In this document: piece by piece, positions 26,401-40,900 of the stretch
How positions within the stretch are numbered: position 1 is the stretch's first letter
Layout of the letters: every line of letters begins with the position of its first letter
Assembly: GCA_040954595.2 (NCBI GenBank)
Contig: CM082588.2
Span: 10,710,844 to 10,774,843, forward strand
DNA: 64,000 nt
Direction of reading: 5' to 3'
Source: Balanoglossus misakiensis
Lineage: Eukaryota > Animalia > Hemichordata
The notes under the pieces: model-generated
The model's database searches: none
What the model was told of the DNA's origin: nothing
The model's input: the letters and a program-made list of their open reading frames with translations, nothing else
Made by a program: the position numbers and the translations under genes

Positions 26401-27999
26401 GCATCACAACAGAATTTTGTAAACAAACGAGGCTTTGTTTGGAAGCAACAATGGAAATTTTAGAACTATCTCTCGATCTACTGAGTATAGTGGAAAACGT
26501 TCATATGCGCATAGGCCTATCATGTGTTATGCACATCACAACATAATTTTGTAAACAAACGAGGCTTTGTTTGGAAGCAACCGTGGAAATTTTAGAACTA
26601 TCTCTCGATCTACAGAGTATAGTGGAAAACGTTCATATGCGCATAGGCCTATCATGTGTTATGCACATCACAACATAATTTTGTAAACAAACGAGGCTTT
26701 GTTTGGAAGCAACCGTGGAAATTTTAGAACTATCTCTCGATCTACAGAGTATAGTGGAAAACGTTCATATGCGCATATGCTATCATGTGTTATGCACATC
26801 ACAACATAATTTTGTAAACAAACGAGGCTTTGTTTGGAAGCAACATTGGAAATTTTAGAACTATCTGTCGATCTACGGAGTATAGTGGAAAACGTTCATA
26901 TGCGCATAGGCCTATATATGTGTTCTGCGCATCACAACAGAATTTTGTAAATGAACGAGGCTGTGTTTGGAAACAACCATGGAAATTTTAGAACTATCTC
27001 TCGATCTAAAGTTGAAAAGTTTCTTATGCGCATAGGCCTATTACGTGTTCTGCGCCTCACAACAGAATTCGGTAAATAAACGAGGCTGTTTGGAAGCAAC
27101 AATGGAAATTTTAGAACTATCCGTCGATCTACGGAGTATAGTGGAAAACGTTCATATGCGCATAGGCCTATATATGTGTTCTGCGCATCACAACAGAATT
27201 TTGTAAACAATCGAGGATGTGTTTGGAAGCAATCATGGAAATTTTAGAACTATCCGTCGATCTACAGAGTCTAGTGGGAAACTTTCTTATGCGCATAGGC
27301 ATATGTATGTGTTCAGCGCATCACAACAGAATTTTGTAAATGAACGAGGCTGTGTTTGGAAACAACCATGGAAATTTTAGAACTATCTCTCGATCTACAG
27401 AGTCTAGTGGAAAACTTTATTATGCACATAGGCCTATCTATGTATTATGCGCATCACAACAGAAATCGGTAAATAAACGAGGCTGTATTTGGAAGCAACC
27501 ATGTAAATTTTACAACTATCCGTCGATCTACAGAGTCTGGTGGAAAACTTTCTTATGCGCATAGGCCTATTACGTGTTCTGCGCCTCACAACAGAAATCG
27601 GTAAATAAACGAGGCTGTTTGGAAGCAACCATGTAAATTTTAGAACTATCCGTCGATCTACAGAGTCTAGTGGAAAAACGTTCATGTGCGCATAGGCCTA
27701 TCATGTGTTATGCACATCACAACAGAATTTTGTAAACAAACGAGGCTTTGTTTGGAAGCAACAATGGAAATTTTAGAACTATCTGTCGATCTACGGAGTA
27801 TAGTGGAAAACATTCATATGCGCATAGGCCTATATATGTGTTCTGCGCATCACAACAGAATTTTGTAAACAATCGAGGATGTGTTTGGAAGCAATCATGG
27901 AAATTTTAGAACTATCCGTCGATCTACAGAGTCTAGTGGGAAACTTTCTTATGCGCATAGGCATATGTATGTGTTCTGCGCATCACAACAGAAATCGGT

Positions 28000-30900
28000 A
28001 AATAAACGAGGCTGTTTGGAAGCAACCATGGAAATTTTACAACTATCCGTCGATCTACAGAGTCTGGTGGAAAACTTTCTTATGCGCATAGGCCTATTAC
28101 GTGCTCTGCGCCTCACAACAGAATTCGGTAAATAAACGAGGCTGTTTGGAAGCAACCATGGAACTTTTAGAACTATCCGTCGATCTACAGAGTCTAGTGG
28201 AAAAATGTCTTATGCGCATAGGCCTATCATGTGTTCTGTGCCTCACAACAGAAATCGGTAAATAAACGAGGCTGTTTGGAAGCAACCATGGAAATTGTAC
28301 AACTATCCGTCGATCTACAGAGTCTAGTGGAAAACGTTCTTATGCGCATAGGCCTATCTATGTGCTATGCGCATCACAACAGAAATCGGTAAATAAACGA
28401 GGCTGTATTTGGAAGCAACCATGAAATTTTACAACTATCCGTCGATCTACAGAGTCTGGTGGAAAACTTCCTTATGCGCATAGACCTATTACGTGTTCTG
28501 CGCCTCACAACAGAATTCGGTAAATAAACGAGGCTGTTTGGAAGCAACCATGGACATTGTACAACTATCCGTCGATCTACAAAGTCTAGTGGAAAACGTT
28601 CTTATGCGCATAGGCCTATCTATGTGTTATGCGCATCACAACAGAAATCGCTAAATAAACGAGGCTGTATTTGGAAGCAACCATGAAATTTTACAACTAT
28701 CCGTCGATCTACAGAGTCTAGTGGAAAAATGTCTCATGCGCATAGGCCTATCATGTGTTCTGCGCCTCACAACAGAATTCGGTAAATAAACGAGGCTGTT
28801 TGGAAGCAACCATGGAAATTTTACAAATATCCGTCGATCTACAGAGTCTAGTGGAAAACGTTATTATGCGCATAGGCCTATATATGTGTTCTGCGCATCA
28901 CAACAGAATTTTGTAAACAAACGAGGCTGTGTTTGGAAGCAACCATGGACATTTTATAACTAACTCTCGATCTACAGAGTCTATAGTGGAAAACTTTCTT
29001 ATGCACATATGCCTATCTATGTGTTCTGCGCCTCACAACAGAATTCGGTAAATAAACGAGGCTGTTTGGAAGCAACCATGGAAATTTTACAACTATCCGT
29101 CGATCTACAGAGTCTAGTGGAAAACGTTATTATGCGCATAGGCCTATATATGTGTTCTGCGCATCACAACAGAATTTTGTAAACAAACGAGGCTGTGTTT
29201 GGAAGCAACCATGGAAATTTTAGAACTATCTCTCGATCTACAGAGTCTAGTGGAAAACTTTATTATGCACATATGCCTATCTATGTGTTCTGCGCATCAC
29301 AACAGAAATCGGTAAATAAACGAGGCTGTTTGGAAGCAACCATGGAAATTTTACAACTATCCGTCGATCTACAGAGTCTGGTGGAAAACTTTCTTATGCG
29401 CATAGGCCTATTACGTGCTCTGCGCCTCACAACAGAATTCGGTAAATAAACGAGGCTGTTTGGAAGCAACCATGGAAATTTTACAACTATCCGTCGATCT
29501 ACAGAGTCTGGTGGAAAACTTTCTTATGCGCATAGGCCTATTACGTGCTCTGCGCCTCACAACAGAATTCGGTAAATAAACGAGGCTGTTTGGAAGCAAC
29601 CATGGAACTTTTAGAACTATCCGTCGATCTACAGAGTCTAGTGGAAAAATGTCTTATGCGCATAGGCCTATCATGTGTTCTGTGCCTCACAACAGAAATC
29701 GGTAAATAAACGAGGCTGTTTGGAAGCAACCATGGAAATTGTACAACTATCCGTCGATCTACAGAGTCTAGTGGAAAACGTTCTTATGCGCATAGGCCTA
29801 TCTATGTGCTATGCGCATCACAACAGAAATCGGTAAATAAACGAGGCTGTATTTGGAAGCAACCATGAAATTTTACAACTATCCGTCGATCTACAGAGTC
29901 TGGTGGAAAACTTCCTTATGCGCATAGACCTATTACGTGTTCTGCGCCTCACAACAGAATTCGGTAAATAAACGAGGCTGTTTGGAAGCAACCATGGACA
30001 TTGTACAACTATCCGTCGATCTACAAAGTCTAGTGGAAAACGTTCTTATGCGCATAGGCCTATCTATGTGTTATGCGCATCACAACAGAAATCGCTAAAT
30101 AAACGAGGCTGTATTTGGAAGCAACCATGAAATTTTACAACTATCCGTCGATCTACAGAGTCTAGTGGAAAAATGTCTCATGCGCATAGGCCTATCATGT
30201 GTTCTGCGCCTCACAACAGAATTCGGTAAATAAACGAGGCTGTTTGGAAGCAACCATGGAAATTTTACAACTATCCGTCGATCTACAGAGTCTAGTGGAA
30301 AACGTTATTATGCGCATAGGCCTATATATGTGTTCTGCGCATCACAACAGAATTTTGTAAACAAACGAGGCTGTGTTTGGAAGCAACCATGGACATTTTA
30401 TAACTAACTCTCGATCTACAGAGTCTATAGTGGAAAACTTTCTTATGCACATATGCCTATCTATGTGTTCTGCGCCTCACAACAGAATTCGGTAAATAAA
30501 CGAGGCTGTTTGGAAGCAACCATGGAAATTTTACAACTATCCGTCGATCTACAGAGTCTAGTGGAAAACGTTATTATGCGCATAGGCCTATATATGTGTT
30601 CTGCGCATCACAACAGAATTTTGTAAACAAACGAGGCTGTGTTTGGAAGCAACCATGGAAATTTTAGAACTATCTCTCGATCTACAGAGTCTAGTGGAAA
30701 ACTTTATTATGCACATATGCCTATCTATGTGTTCTGCGCATCACAACAGAAATCGGTAAATAAACGAGGCTGTTTGGAAGCAACCATGGAAATTTTACAA
30801 CTATCCGTCGATCTACAGAGTCTGGTGGAAAACTTTCTTATGCGCATAGGCCTATTACGTGCTCTGCGCCTCACAACAGAATTCGGTAAATAAACGAGGC
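28000..30900. repeat. Tandem duplication, offset 1444 bp (11 monomers)
   Basis: Translations at 28097/29541 and 29195/30639. Shared variants GTGCTATGCG and TTTTATAACTAACTC. Confidence 0.85.
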
Positions 30901-31949
30901 TGTTTGGAAGCATCCATGGAAATTTTAGAACTATCCGTCGATCTACAGAGTCTAGTGGAAAAATGTCTTATGCGCATAGGCCTATCATGTGTTCTGTGCC
31001 TCACAACAGAAATCGGTAAATAAACGAGGCTGTTTGGAAGCAACCATGGAAATTGTACAACTATCCGTCGATCTACAGAGTCTGGTGGAAAACTTCCTTA
31101 TGCGCATAGGCCTATCTATGTGTTATGCGCATCACAACAGAAATCGGTAAATAAACGAGGCTGTATTTGGAAGCAACCATGAAATTTTACAACTATCCGT
31201 CGATCTACAGAGTCTGGTGGAAAACTTCCTTATGCGCATAGACCTATTACGTGTTCTGCGCCTCACAACAGAATTCGGTAAATAAACGAGGCTGTTTGGA
31301 AGCAACCATGGACATTGTACAACTATCCGTCGATCTACAAAGTCTAGTGGAAAACGTTCTTATGCGCATAGGCCTATCTATGTGTTATGCGCATCACAAC
31401 AGAAATCGCTAAATAAACGAGGCTGTATTTGGAAGCAACCATGAAATTTTACAACTATCCGTCGATCTACAGAGTCTAGTGGAAAAATGTCTCATGCGCA
31501 TAGGCCTATCATGTGTTCTGCGCCTCACAACAGAAATCGGTAAATAAACGAGGCTGTTTGGAAGCAACCATGGAAATTTTACAGCTATCCGTCGATCTAC
31601 AGAGTCTAGTGGAAACGTTCTTATGCGCATAGGCCTATATATGTGTTCTGCGCATCACAACAGAATTTTGTAAACAAACGAGGCTGTGTTTGGTAGCAAC
31701 CATGGACATTTTAGAACTATCTCTCGATCTACAGAGTCTATAGTGGAAAACTTTCTTATGCACATATGCCTATCTATGTGTTCTGCGCCTCACAACAGAA
31801 TTCGGTAAATAAACGAGGCTGTGTTTGGAAACAACCATGGAAATTTTAGAACTATCTCTCGATCTACAGAGTCTAGTGGAAAACTTTATTATGCACATAG
31901 GCCTATCTATGTATTATGCGCATCACAACAGAAATCGGTAAATAAACGA

Positions 31950-34900
31950 GGCTGTATTTGGAAGCAACCATGTAAATTTTACAACTATCCGTCGATCTAC
32001 AGAGTCTGGTGGAAAACTTTCTTATGCGCATAGGCCTATTACGTGTTCTGCGCCTCACAACAGAAATCGGTAAATAAACGAGGCTGTTTGGAAGCAACCA
32101 TGTAAATTTTAGAACTATCCGTCGATCTACAGAGTCTAGTGGAAAAACGTTCATGTGCGCATAGGCCTATCATGTGTTATGCACATCACAACAGAATTTT
32201 GTAAACAAACGAGGCTTTGTTTGGAAGCAACAATGGAAATTTTAGAACTATCTGTCGATCTACGGAGTATAGTGGAAAACATTCATATGCGCATAGGCCT
32301 ATATATGTGTTCTGCGCATCACAACAGAATTTTGTAAACAATCGAGGATGTGTTTGGAAGCAATCATGGAAATTTTAGAACTATCCGTCGATCTACAGAG
32401 TCTAGTGGGAAACTTTCTTATGCGCATAGGCATATGTATGTGTTCTGCGCATCACAACAGAAATCGGTAAATAAACGAGGCTGTTTGGAAGCAACCATGG
32501 AAATTTTACAACTATCCGTCGATCTACAGAGTCTGGTGGAAAACTTTCTTATGCGCATAGGCCTATTACGTGCTCTGCGCCTCACAACAGAATTCGGTAA
32601 ATAAACGAGGCTGTTTGGAAGCAACCATGGAACTTTTAGAACTATCCGTCGATCTACAGAGTCTAGTGGAAAAATGTCTTATGCGCATAGGCCTATCATG
32701 TGTTCTGTGCCTCACAACAGAAATCGGTAAATAAACGAGGCTGTTTGGAAGCAACCATGGAAATTGTACAACTATCCGTCGATCTACAGAGTCTAGTGGA
32801 AAACGTTCTTATGCGCATAGGCCTATCTATGTGTTATGCGCATCACAACAGAAATCGGTAAATAAACGAGGCTGTATTTGGAAGCAACCATGAAATTTTA
32901 CAACTATCCGTCGATCTACAGAGTCTGGTGGAAAACTTCCTTATGCGCATAGACCTATTACGTGTTCTGCGCCTCACAACAGAATTCGGTAAATAAACGA
33001 GGCTGTTTGGAAGCAACCATGGACATTGTACAACTATCCGTCGATCTACAAAGTCTAGTGGAAAACGTTCTTATGCGCATAGGCCTATCTATGTGTTATG
33101 CGCATCACAACAGAAATCGCTAAATAAACGAGGCTGTATTTGGAAGCAACCATGAAATTTTACAACTATCCGTCGATCTACAGAGTCTAGTGGAAAAATG
33201 TCTCATGCGCATAGGCCTATCATGTGTTCTGCGCCTCACAACAGAATTCGGTAAATAAACGAGGCTGTTTGGAAGCAACCATGGAAATTTTACAACTATC
33301 CGTCGATCTACAGAGTCTAGTGGAAAACGTTATTATGCGCATAGGCCTATATATGTGTTCTGCGCATCACAACAGAATTTTGTAAACAAACGAGGCAGTG
33401 TTTGGAAGCAACCATGGACATTTTAGAACTAACTCTCGATCTACAGAGTCTATAGTGGAAAACTTTCTTATGCACATATGCCTATCTATGTGTTCTGCGC
33501 CTCACAACAGAATTCGGTAAATAAACGAGGCTGTTTGGAAGCAACCATGGAAATTTTACAACTATCCGTCGATCTACAGAGTCTAGTGGAAAACGTTATT
33601 ATGCGCATAGGCCTATATATGTGTTCTGCGCATCACAACAGAATTTTGTAAACAAACGAGGCTGTGTTTGGAAGCAACCATGGAAATTTTAGAACTATCT
33701 CTCGATCTACAGAGTCTAGTGGAAAACTTTATTATGCACATATGCCTATCTATGTGTTCTGCGCATCACAACAGAAATCGGTAAATAAACGAGGCTGTTT
33801 GGAAGCAACCATGGAAATTTTACAACTATCCGTCGATCTACAGAGTCTGGTGGAAAACTTTCTTATGCGCATAGGCCTATTACGTGCTCTGCGCCTCACA
33901 ACAGAATTCGGTAAATAAACGAGGCTGTTTGGAAGCAACCATGGAAATTTTAGAACTATCCGTCGATCTACAGAGTCTAGTGGAAAAATGTCTTATGCGC
34001 ATAGGCCTATCATGTGTTCTGTGCCTCACAACAGAAATCGGTAAATAAACGAGGCTGTTTGGAAGCAACCATGGAAATTGTACAACTATCCGTCGATCTA
34101 CAGAGTCTGGTGGAAAACTTCCTTATGCGCATAGGCCTATCTATGTGTTATGCGCATCACAACAGAAATCGGTAAATAAACGAGGCTGTATTTGGAAGCA
34201 ACCATGAAATTTTACAACTATCCGTCGATCTACAGAGTCTGGTGGAAAACTTCCTTATGCGCATAGACCTATTACGTGTTCTGCGCCTCACAACAGAATT
34301 CGGTAAATAAACGAGGCTGTTTGGAAGCAACCATGGACATTGTACAACTATCCGTCGATCTACAAAGTCTAGTGGAAAACGTTCTTATGCGCATAGGCCT
34401 ATCTATGTGTTATGCGCATCACAACAGAAATCGCTAAATAAACGAGGCTGTATTTGGAAGCAACCATGAAATTTTACAACTATCCGTCGATCTACAGAGT
34501 CTAGTGGAAAAATGTCTCATGCGCATAGGCCTATCATGTGTTCTGCGCCTCACAACAGAAATCGGTAAATAAACGAGGCTGTTTGGAAGCAACCATGGAA
34601 ATTTTACAGCTATCCGTCGATCTACAGAGTCTAGTGGAAACGTTCTTATGCGCATAGGCCTATATATGTGTTCTGCGCATCACAACAGAATTTTGTAAAC
34701 AAACGAGGCTGTGTTTGGTAGCAACCATGGACATTTTAGAACTATCTCTCGATCTACAGAGTCTATAGTGGAAAACTTTCTTATGCACATATGCCTATCT
34801 ATGTGTTCTGCGCCTCACAACAGAATTCGGTAAATAAACGAGGCTGTTTGGAAGCAACCATGGAAATTTTACAACTATCCGTCGATCTACAGAGTCTAGT

Positions 34901-37900
34901 GGAAAACGTTATTATGCGCATAGGCCTATATATGTGTTCTGCGCATCACAACAGAATTTTGTAAACAAACGAGGCTGTGTTTGGAAGCAACCATGGACAT
35001 TTTAGAACTATCTCTCGATCTACAGAGTCTATAGTGGAAAACTTTCTTATGCACATATGCCTATCTATGTGTTCTGCGCCTCACAACAGAATTCGGTAAA
35101 TAAACGAGGCTGTTTGGAAGCAACCATGGAAATTTTACAACTATCCGTCGATCTACAGAGTCTAGTGGAAAACGTTATTATGCGCATAGGCCTATCTATG
35201 TGTTATGCGCATCACAACAGAAATCGGTAAATAAACGAGGCTGTATTTGGAAGCAACCATGAAATTTTACAACTATCCGTCGATCTACAGAGTCTGGTGG
35301 AAAACTTCCTTATGCGCATAGACCTATTACGTGTTCTGCGCCTCACAACAGAATTCGGTAAATAAACGAGGCTGTTTGGAAGCAACCATGGACATTGTAC
35401 AACTATCCGTCGATCTACACAGTCTAGTGGAAAACGTTCTTATGCGCATAGGCCTATCTATGTGTTATGCGCATCACAACAGAAATCGCTAAATAAACGA
35501 GGCTGTATTTGGAAGCAACCATGAAATTTTACAACTATCCGTCGATCTACAGAGTCTAGTGGAAAAATGTCTCATGCGCATAGGCCTATCATGTGTTCTG
35601 CGCCTCACAACAGAAATCGGTAAATAAACGAGGCTGTTTGGAAGCAACCATGGAAATTTTACAGCTATCCGTCGATCTACAGAGTCTAGTGGAAACGTTC
35701 TTATGCGAATAGGCCTATATATGTGTTCTGCGCATCACAACAGAATTTTGTAAACAAACGAGGCTGTGTTTGGTAGCAACCATGGACATTTTAGAACTAT
35801 CTCTCGATCTACAGAGTCTATAGTGGAAAACTTTCTTATGCACATATGCCTATCTATGTGTTCTGCGCCTCACAACAGAATTCGGTAAATAAACGAGGCT
35901 GTTTGGAAGCAACCATGGAAATTTTACAACTATCCGTCGATCTACAGAGTCTAGTGGAAAACGTTATTATGCGCATAGGCCTATATATGTGTTCTGCGCA
36001 TCACAACAGAATTTTGTAAACAAACGAGGCTGTGTTTGGAAGCAACCATGGACATTTTAGAACTATCTCTCGATCTACAGAGTCTATAGTGGAAAACTTT
36101 CTTATGCACATATGCCTATCTATGTGTTCTGCGCCTCACAACAGAATTCGGTAAATAAACGAGGCTGTTTGGAAGCAACCATGGAAATTTTACAACTATC
36201 CGTCGATCTACAGAGTCTAGTGGAAAACGTTATTATGCGCATAGGCCTATATATGTGTTCTGCGCATCACAACAGAATTTTGTAAACAAACGAGGCTGTG
36301 TTTGGAAGCAACCATGGAAATTTTAGAACTATCTCTCGATCTACAGAGTCTAGTGGAAAACTTTATTATGCACATATGCCTATCTATGTGTTCTGCGCAT
36401 CACAACAGAAATCGGTAAATAAACGAGGCTGTTTGGAAGCAACCATGGAAATTTTACAGCTATCCGTCGATCTACAGAGTCTAGTGGAAACGTTCTTATG
36501 CGCATAGGCCTATATATGTGTTCTGCGCATCACAACAGAATTTTGTAAACAAACGAGGCTGTGTTTGGTAGCAACCATGGACATTTTAGAACTATCTCTC
36601 GATCTACAGAGTCTATAGTGGAAAACTTTCTTATGCACATATGCCTATCTATGTGTTCTGCGCCTCACAACAGAATTCGGTAAATAAACGAGGCTGTTTG
36701 GAAGCAACCATGGAAATTTTACAACTATCCGTCGATCTACAGAGTCTAGTGGAAAACGTTATTATGCGCATAGGCCTATATATGTGTTCTGCGCATCACA
36801 ACAGAATTTTGTAAACAAACGAGGCTGTGTTTGGAAGCAACCATGGAAATTTTAGAACTATCTCTCCATCTACAGAGTCTAGTGGAAAACTTTATTATGC
36901 ACATATGCCTATCTATGTGTTCTGCGCATCACAACAGAAATCGGTAAATAAACGAGGCTGTTTGGAAGCAACCATGGAAATTTTACAACTATCCGTCGAT
37001 CTACAGAGTCTGGTGGAAAACTTTCTTATGCGCATAGGCCTATTACGTGCTCTGCGCCTCACAACAGAATTCGGTAAATAAACGAGGCTGTTTGGAAGCA
37101 ATCATGGAAATTTTAGAACTATCCGTCGATCTACAGAGTCTAGTGGGAAACTTTCTTATGCGCATAGGCATATGTATGTGTTCAGCGCATCACAACAGAA
37201 TTTTATAAATGAACGAGGCTGTGTTTGGAAACAACCATGGAAATTTTACAACTATCCGTCGATCTACGGAGTCTGGTGGAAAACTTTCTTATGCGCATAG
37301 GCCTATCATGTGTTCTGCGCCTCACAACAGAAATCGGTAAATAAACGAGGCTGTTTGGAAGCAACCATGGAAATTGTACAACTATCCGTCGATCTACATA
37401 GTCTAGTGGAAAACGTTCTTATGCGCATAGGCCTATCTATGTGTTATGCGCATCACAACAGAAATCGGTAAATAAACGAGGCTGTATTTGGAAGCAATCA
37501 TGAAATTTTACAACTATCCGTCGATCTACAGAGTCTGGTGGAAAACTTCCTTATGCGCATAGACCTATTACGTGTTCTGCGCCTCACAACAGAATTCGGT
37601 AAATAAACGATGCTGTTTGGAAGCAACCATGGAAATTGTACAACTATCCGTCGATCTACAGAGTCTAGTGGAAAACGTTCTTATGCGCATAGGCCTATCT
37701 ATGTGTTATGCGCATCACAACAGAAATCGGTAAATAAACGAGGCTGTGTTTGGAAGCAACCATGGACATTTTAGAACTATCTCTCGATCTACAGAGTCTA
37801 TAGTGGAAAACTTTCTTATGCACATATGCCTATCTATGTGTTCTGCGCCTCACAACAGAAATCGGTTTATAAACGAGGCTGTTTAAAAGCAACCATGGAA

Positions 37901-40900
37901 ATTTTACAGCTATCCGTCGATCTACAGAGTCTAGTGGAAACGTTCTTATGCGCATAGGCCTATATATGTGTTCTGCGCATCACAACAGAATTTTGTGAAC
38001 AAACGAGGCTGTGTTTGGAAGCAACCATGGACATTTTAGAACTATCTCTCGATCTACAGAGTCTATAGTGGAAAACTTTCTTATGCACATATGCCTATCT
38101 ATGTGTTCTGCGCCTCACAACAGAAATCGGTAAATAAACGAGGCTGTATTTGGAAGCAACCATGTAAATTTTACAACTATCCGTCGATCTACAGAGTCTG
38201 GTGGAAAACTTTCTTATGCGCATAGGCCTATTACGTGTTCTGCGCCTCACAACAGAAATCGGTAAATAAACGAGGCTGTTTGGAAGCAACCATGTAAATT
38301 TTAGAACTATCCGTCGATCTACAGAGTCTAGTGGAAAAACGTTCATGTGCGCATAGGCCTATCATGTGTTATGCACATCACAACAGAATTTTGTAAACAA
38401 ACGAGGATTTGTTTGGAAGCAACAATGGAAATTTTAGAACTATCTGTCGATCTACGGAGTATAGTGGAAAACATTCATATGCGCATAGGCCTATATATGT
38501 GTTCTGCGCATCACAACAGAATTTTGTAGACAATCGAGGATGTGTTTGGAAGCAATCATGGAAATTTTAGAACTATCCGTCGATCTACAGAGTCTAGTGG
38601 GAAACTTTCTTATGCGCATAGGCATATGTATGTGTTCTGCGCATCACAACAGAAATCGGTAAATAAACGAGGCTGTTTGGAAGCAACCATGGAAATTTTA
38701 CAACTATCCGTCGATCTACAGAGTCTGGTGGAAAACTTTCTTATGCGCATAGGCCTATTACGTGCTCTGCGCCTCACAACAGAATTCGGTAAATAAACGA
38801 GGCTGTTTGGAAGCAACCATGGAACTTTTAGAACTATCCGTCGATCTACAGAGTCTAGTGGAAAAATGTCTTATGCGCATAGGCCTATCATGTGTTCTGT
38901 GCCTCACAACAGAAATCGGTAAATAAACGAGGCTGTTTGGAAGCAACCATGGAAATTGTACAACTATCCGTCGATCTACAGAGTCTAGTGGAAAACGTTC
39001 TTATGCGCATAGGCCTATCTATGTGTTATGCGCATCACAACAGAAATCGGTAAATAAACGAGGCTGTATTTGGAAGCAACCATGAAATTTTACAACTATC
39101 CGTCGATCTACAGAGTCTGGTGGAAAACTTCCTTATGCGCATAGACCTATTACGTGTTCTGCGCCTCACAACAGAATTCGGTAAATAAACGAGGCTGTTT
39201 GGAAGCAACCATGGACATTGTACAACTATCCGTCGATCTACAAAGTCTAGTGGAAAACGTTCTTATGCGCATAGGCCTATCTATGTGTTATGCGCATCAC
39301 AACAGAAATCGCTAAATAAACGAGGCTGTATTTGGAAGCAACCATGAAATTTTACAACTATCCGTCGATCTACAGAGTCTAGTGGAAAAATGTCTCATGC
39401 GCATAGGCCTATCATGTGTTCTGCGCCTCACAACAGAATTCGGTAAATAAACGAGGCTGTTTGGAAGCAACCATGGAAATTTTACAACTATCCGTCGAAC
39501 TACAGAGTCTAGTGGAAAACGTTATTATGCGCATAGGCCTATATATGTGTTCTGCGCATCACAACAGAATTTTGTAAACAAACGAGGCTGTGTTTGGAAG
39601 CAACCATGGACATTTTAGAACTAACTCTCGATCTACAGAGTCTATAGTGGAAAACTTTCTTATGCACATATGCCTATCTATGTGTTCTGCGCCTCACAAC
39701 AGAATTCGGTAAATAAACGAGGCTGTTTGGAAGCAACCATGGAAATTTTACAACTATCCGTCGATCTACAGAGTCTAGTGGAAAACGTTATTATGCGCAT
39801 AGGCCTATATATGTGTTCTGCGCATCACAACAGAATTTTGTAAACAAACGAGGCTGTGTTTGGAAGCAACCATGGAAATTTTAGAACTATCTCTCGATCT
39901 ACAGAGTCTAGTGGAAAACTTTATTATGCACATATGCCTATCTATGTGTTCTGCGCATCACAACAGAAATCGGTAAATAAACGAGGCTGTTTGGAAGCAA
40001 CCATGGAAATTTTACAACTATCCGTCGATCTACAGAGTCTGGTGGAAAACTTTCTTATGCGCATAGGCCTATTACGTGCTCTGCGCCTCACAACAGAATT
40101 CGGTAAATAAACGAGGCTGTTTGGAAGCAACCATGGAAATTTTAGAACTATCCGTCGATCTACAGAGTCTAGTGGAAAAATGTCTTATGCGCATAGGCCT
40201 ATCATGTGTTCTGTGCCTCACAACAGAAATCGGTAAATAAACGAGGCTGTTTGGAAGCAACCATGGAAATTGTACAACTATCCGTCGATCTACAGAGTCT
40301 GGTGGAAAACTTCCTTATGCGCATAGGCCTATCTATGTGTTATGCGCATCACAACAGAAATCGGTAAATAAACGAGGCTGTATTTGGAAGCAACCATGAA
40401 ATTTTACAACTATCCGTCGATCTACAGAGTCTGGTGGAAAACTTCCTTATGCGCATAGACCTATTACGTGTTCTGCGCCTCACAACAGAATTCGGTAAAT
40501 AAACGAGGCTGTTTGGAAGCAACCATGGACTTTGTACAACTATCCGTCGATCTACAAAGTCTAGTGGAAAACGTTCTTATGCGCATAGGCCTATCTATGT
40601 GTTATGCGCATCACAACAGAAATCGCTAAATAAACGAGGCTGTATTTGGAAGCAACCATGAAATTTTACAACTATCCGTCGATCTACAGAGTCTAGTGGA
40701 AAAATGTCTCATGCGCATAGGCCTATCATGTGTTCTGCGCCTCACAACAGAAATCGGTAAATAAACGAGGCTGTTTGGAAGCAAGCATGGAAATTTTACA
40801 GCTATCCGTCGATCTACAGAGTCTAGTGGAAACGTTCTTATGCGCATAGGCCTATATATGTGTTCTGCGCATCACAACAGAATTTTGTAAACAAACGAGG

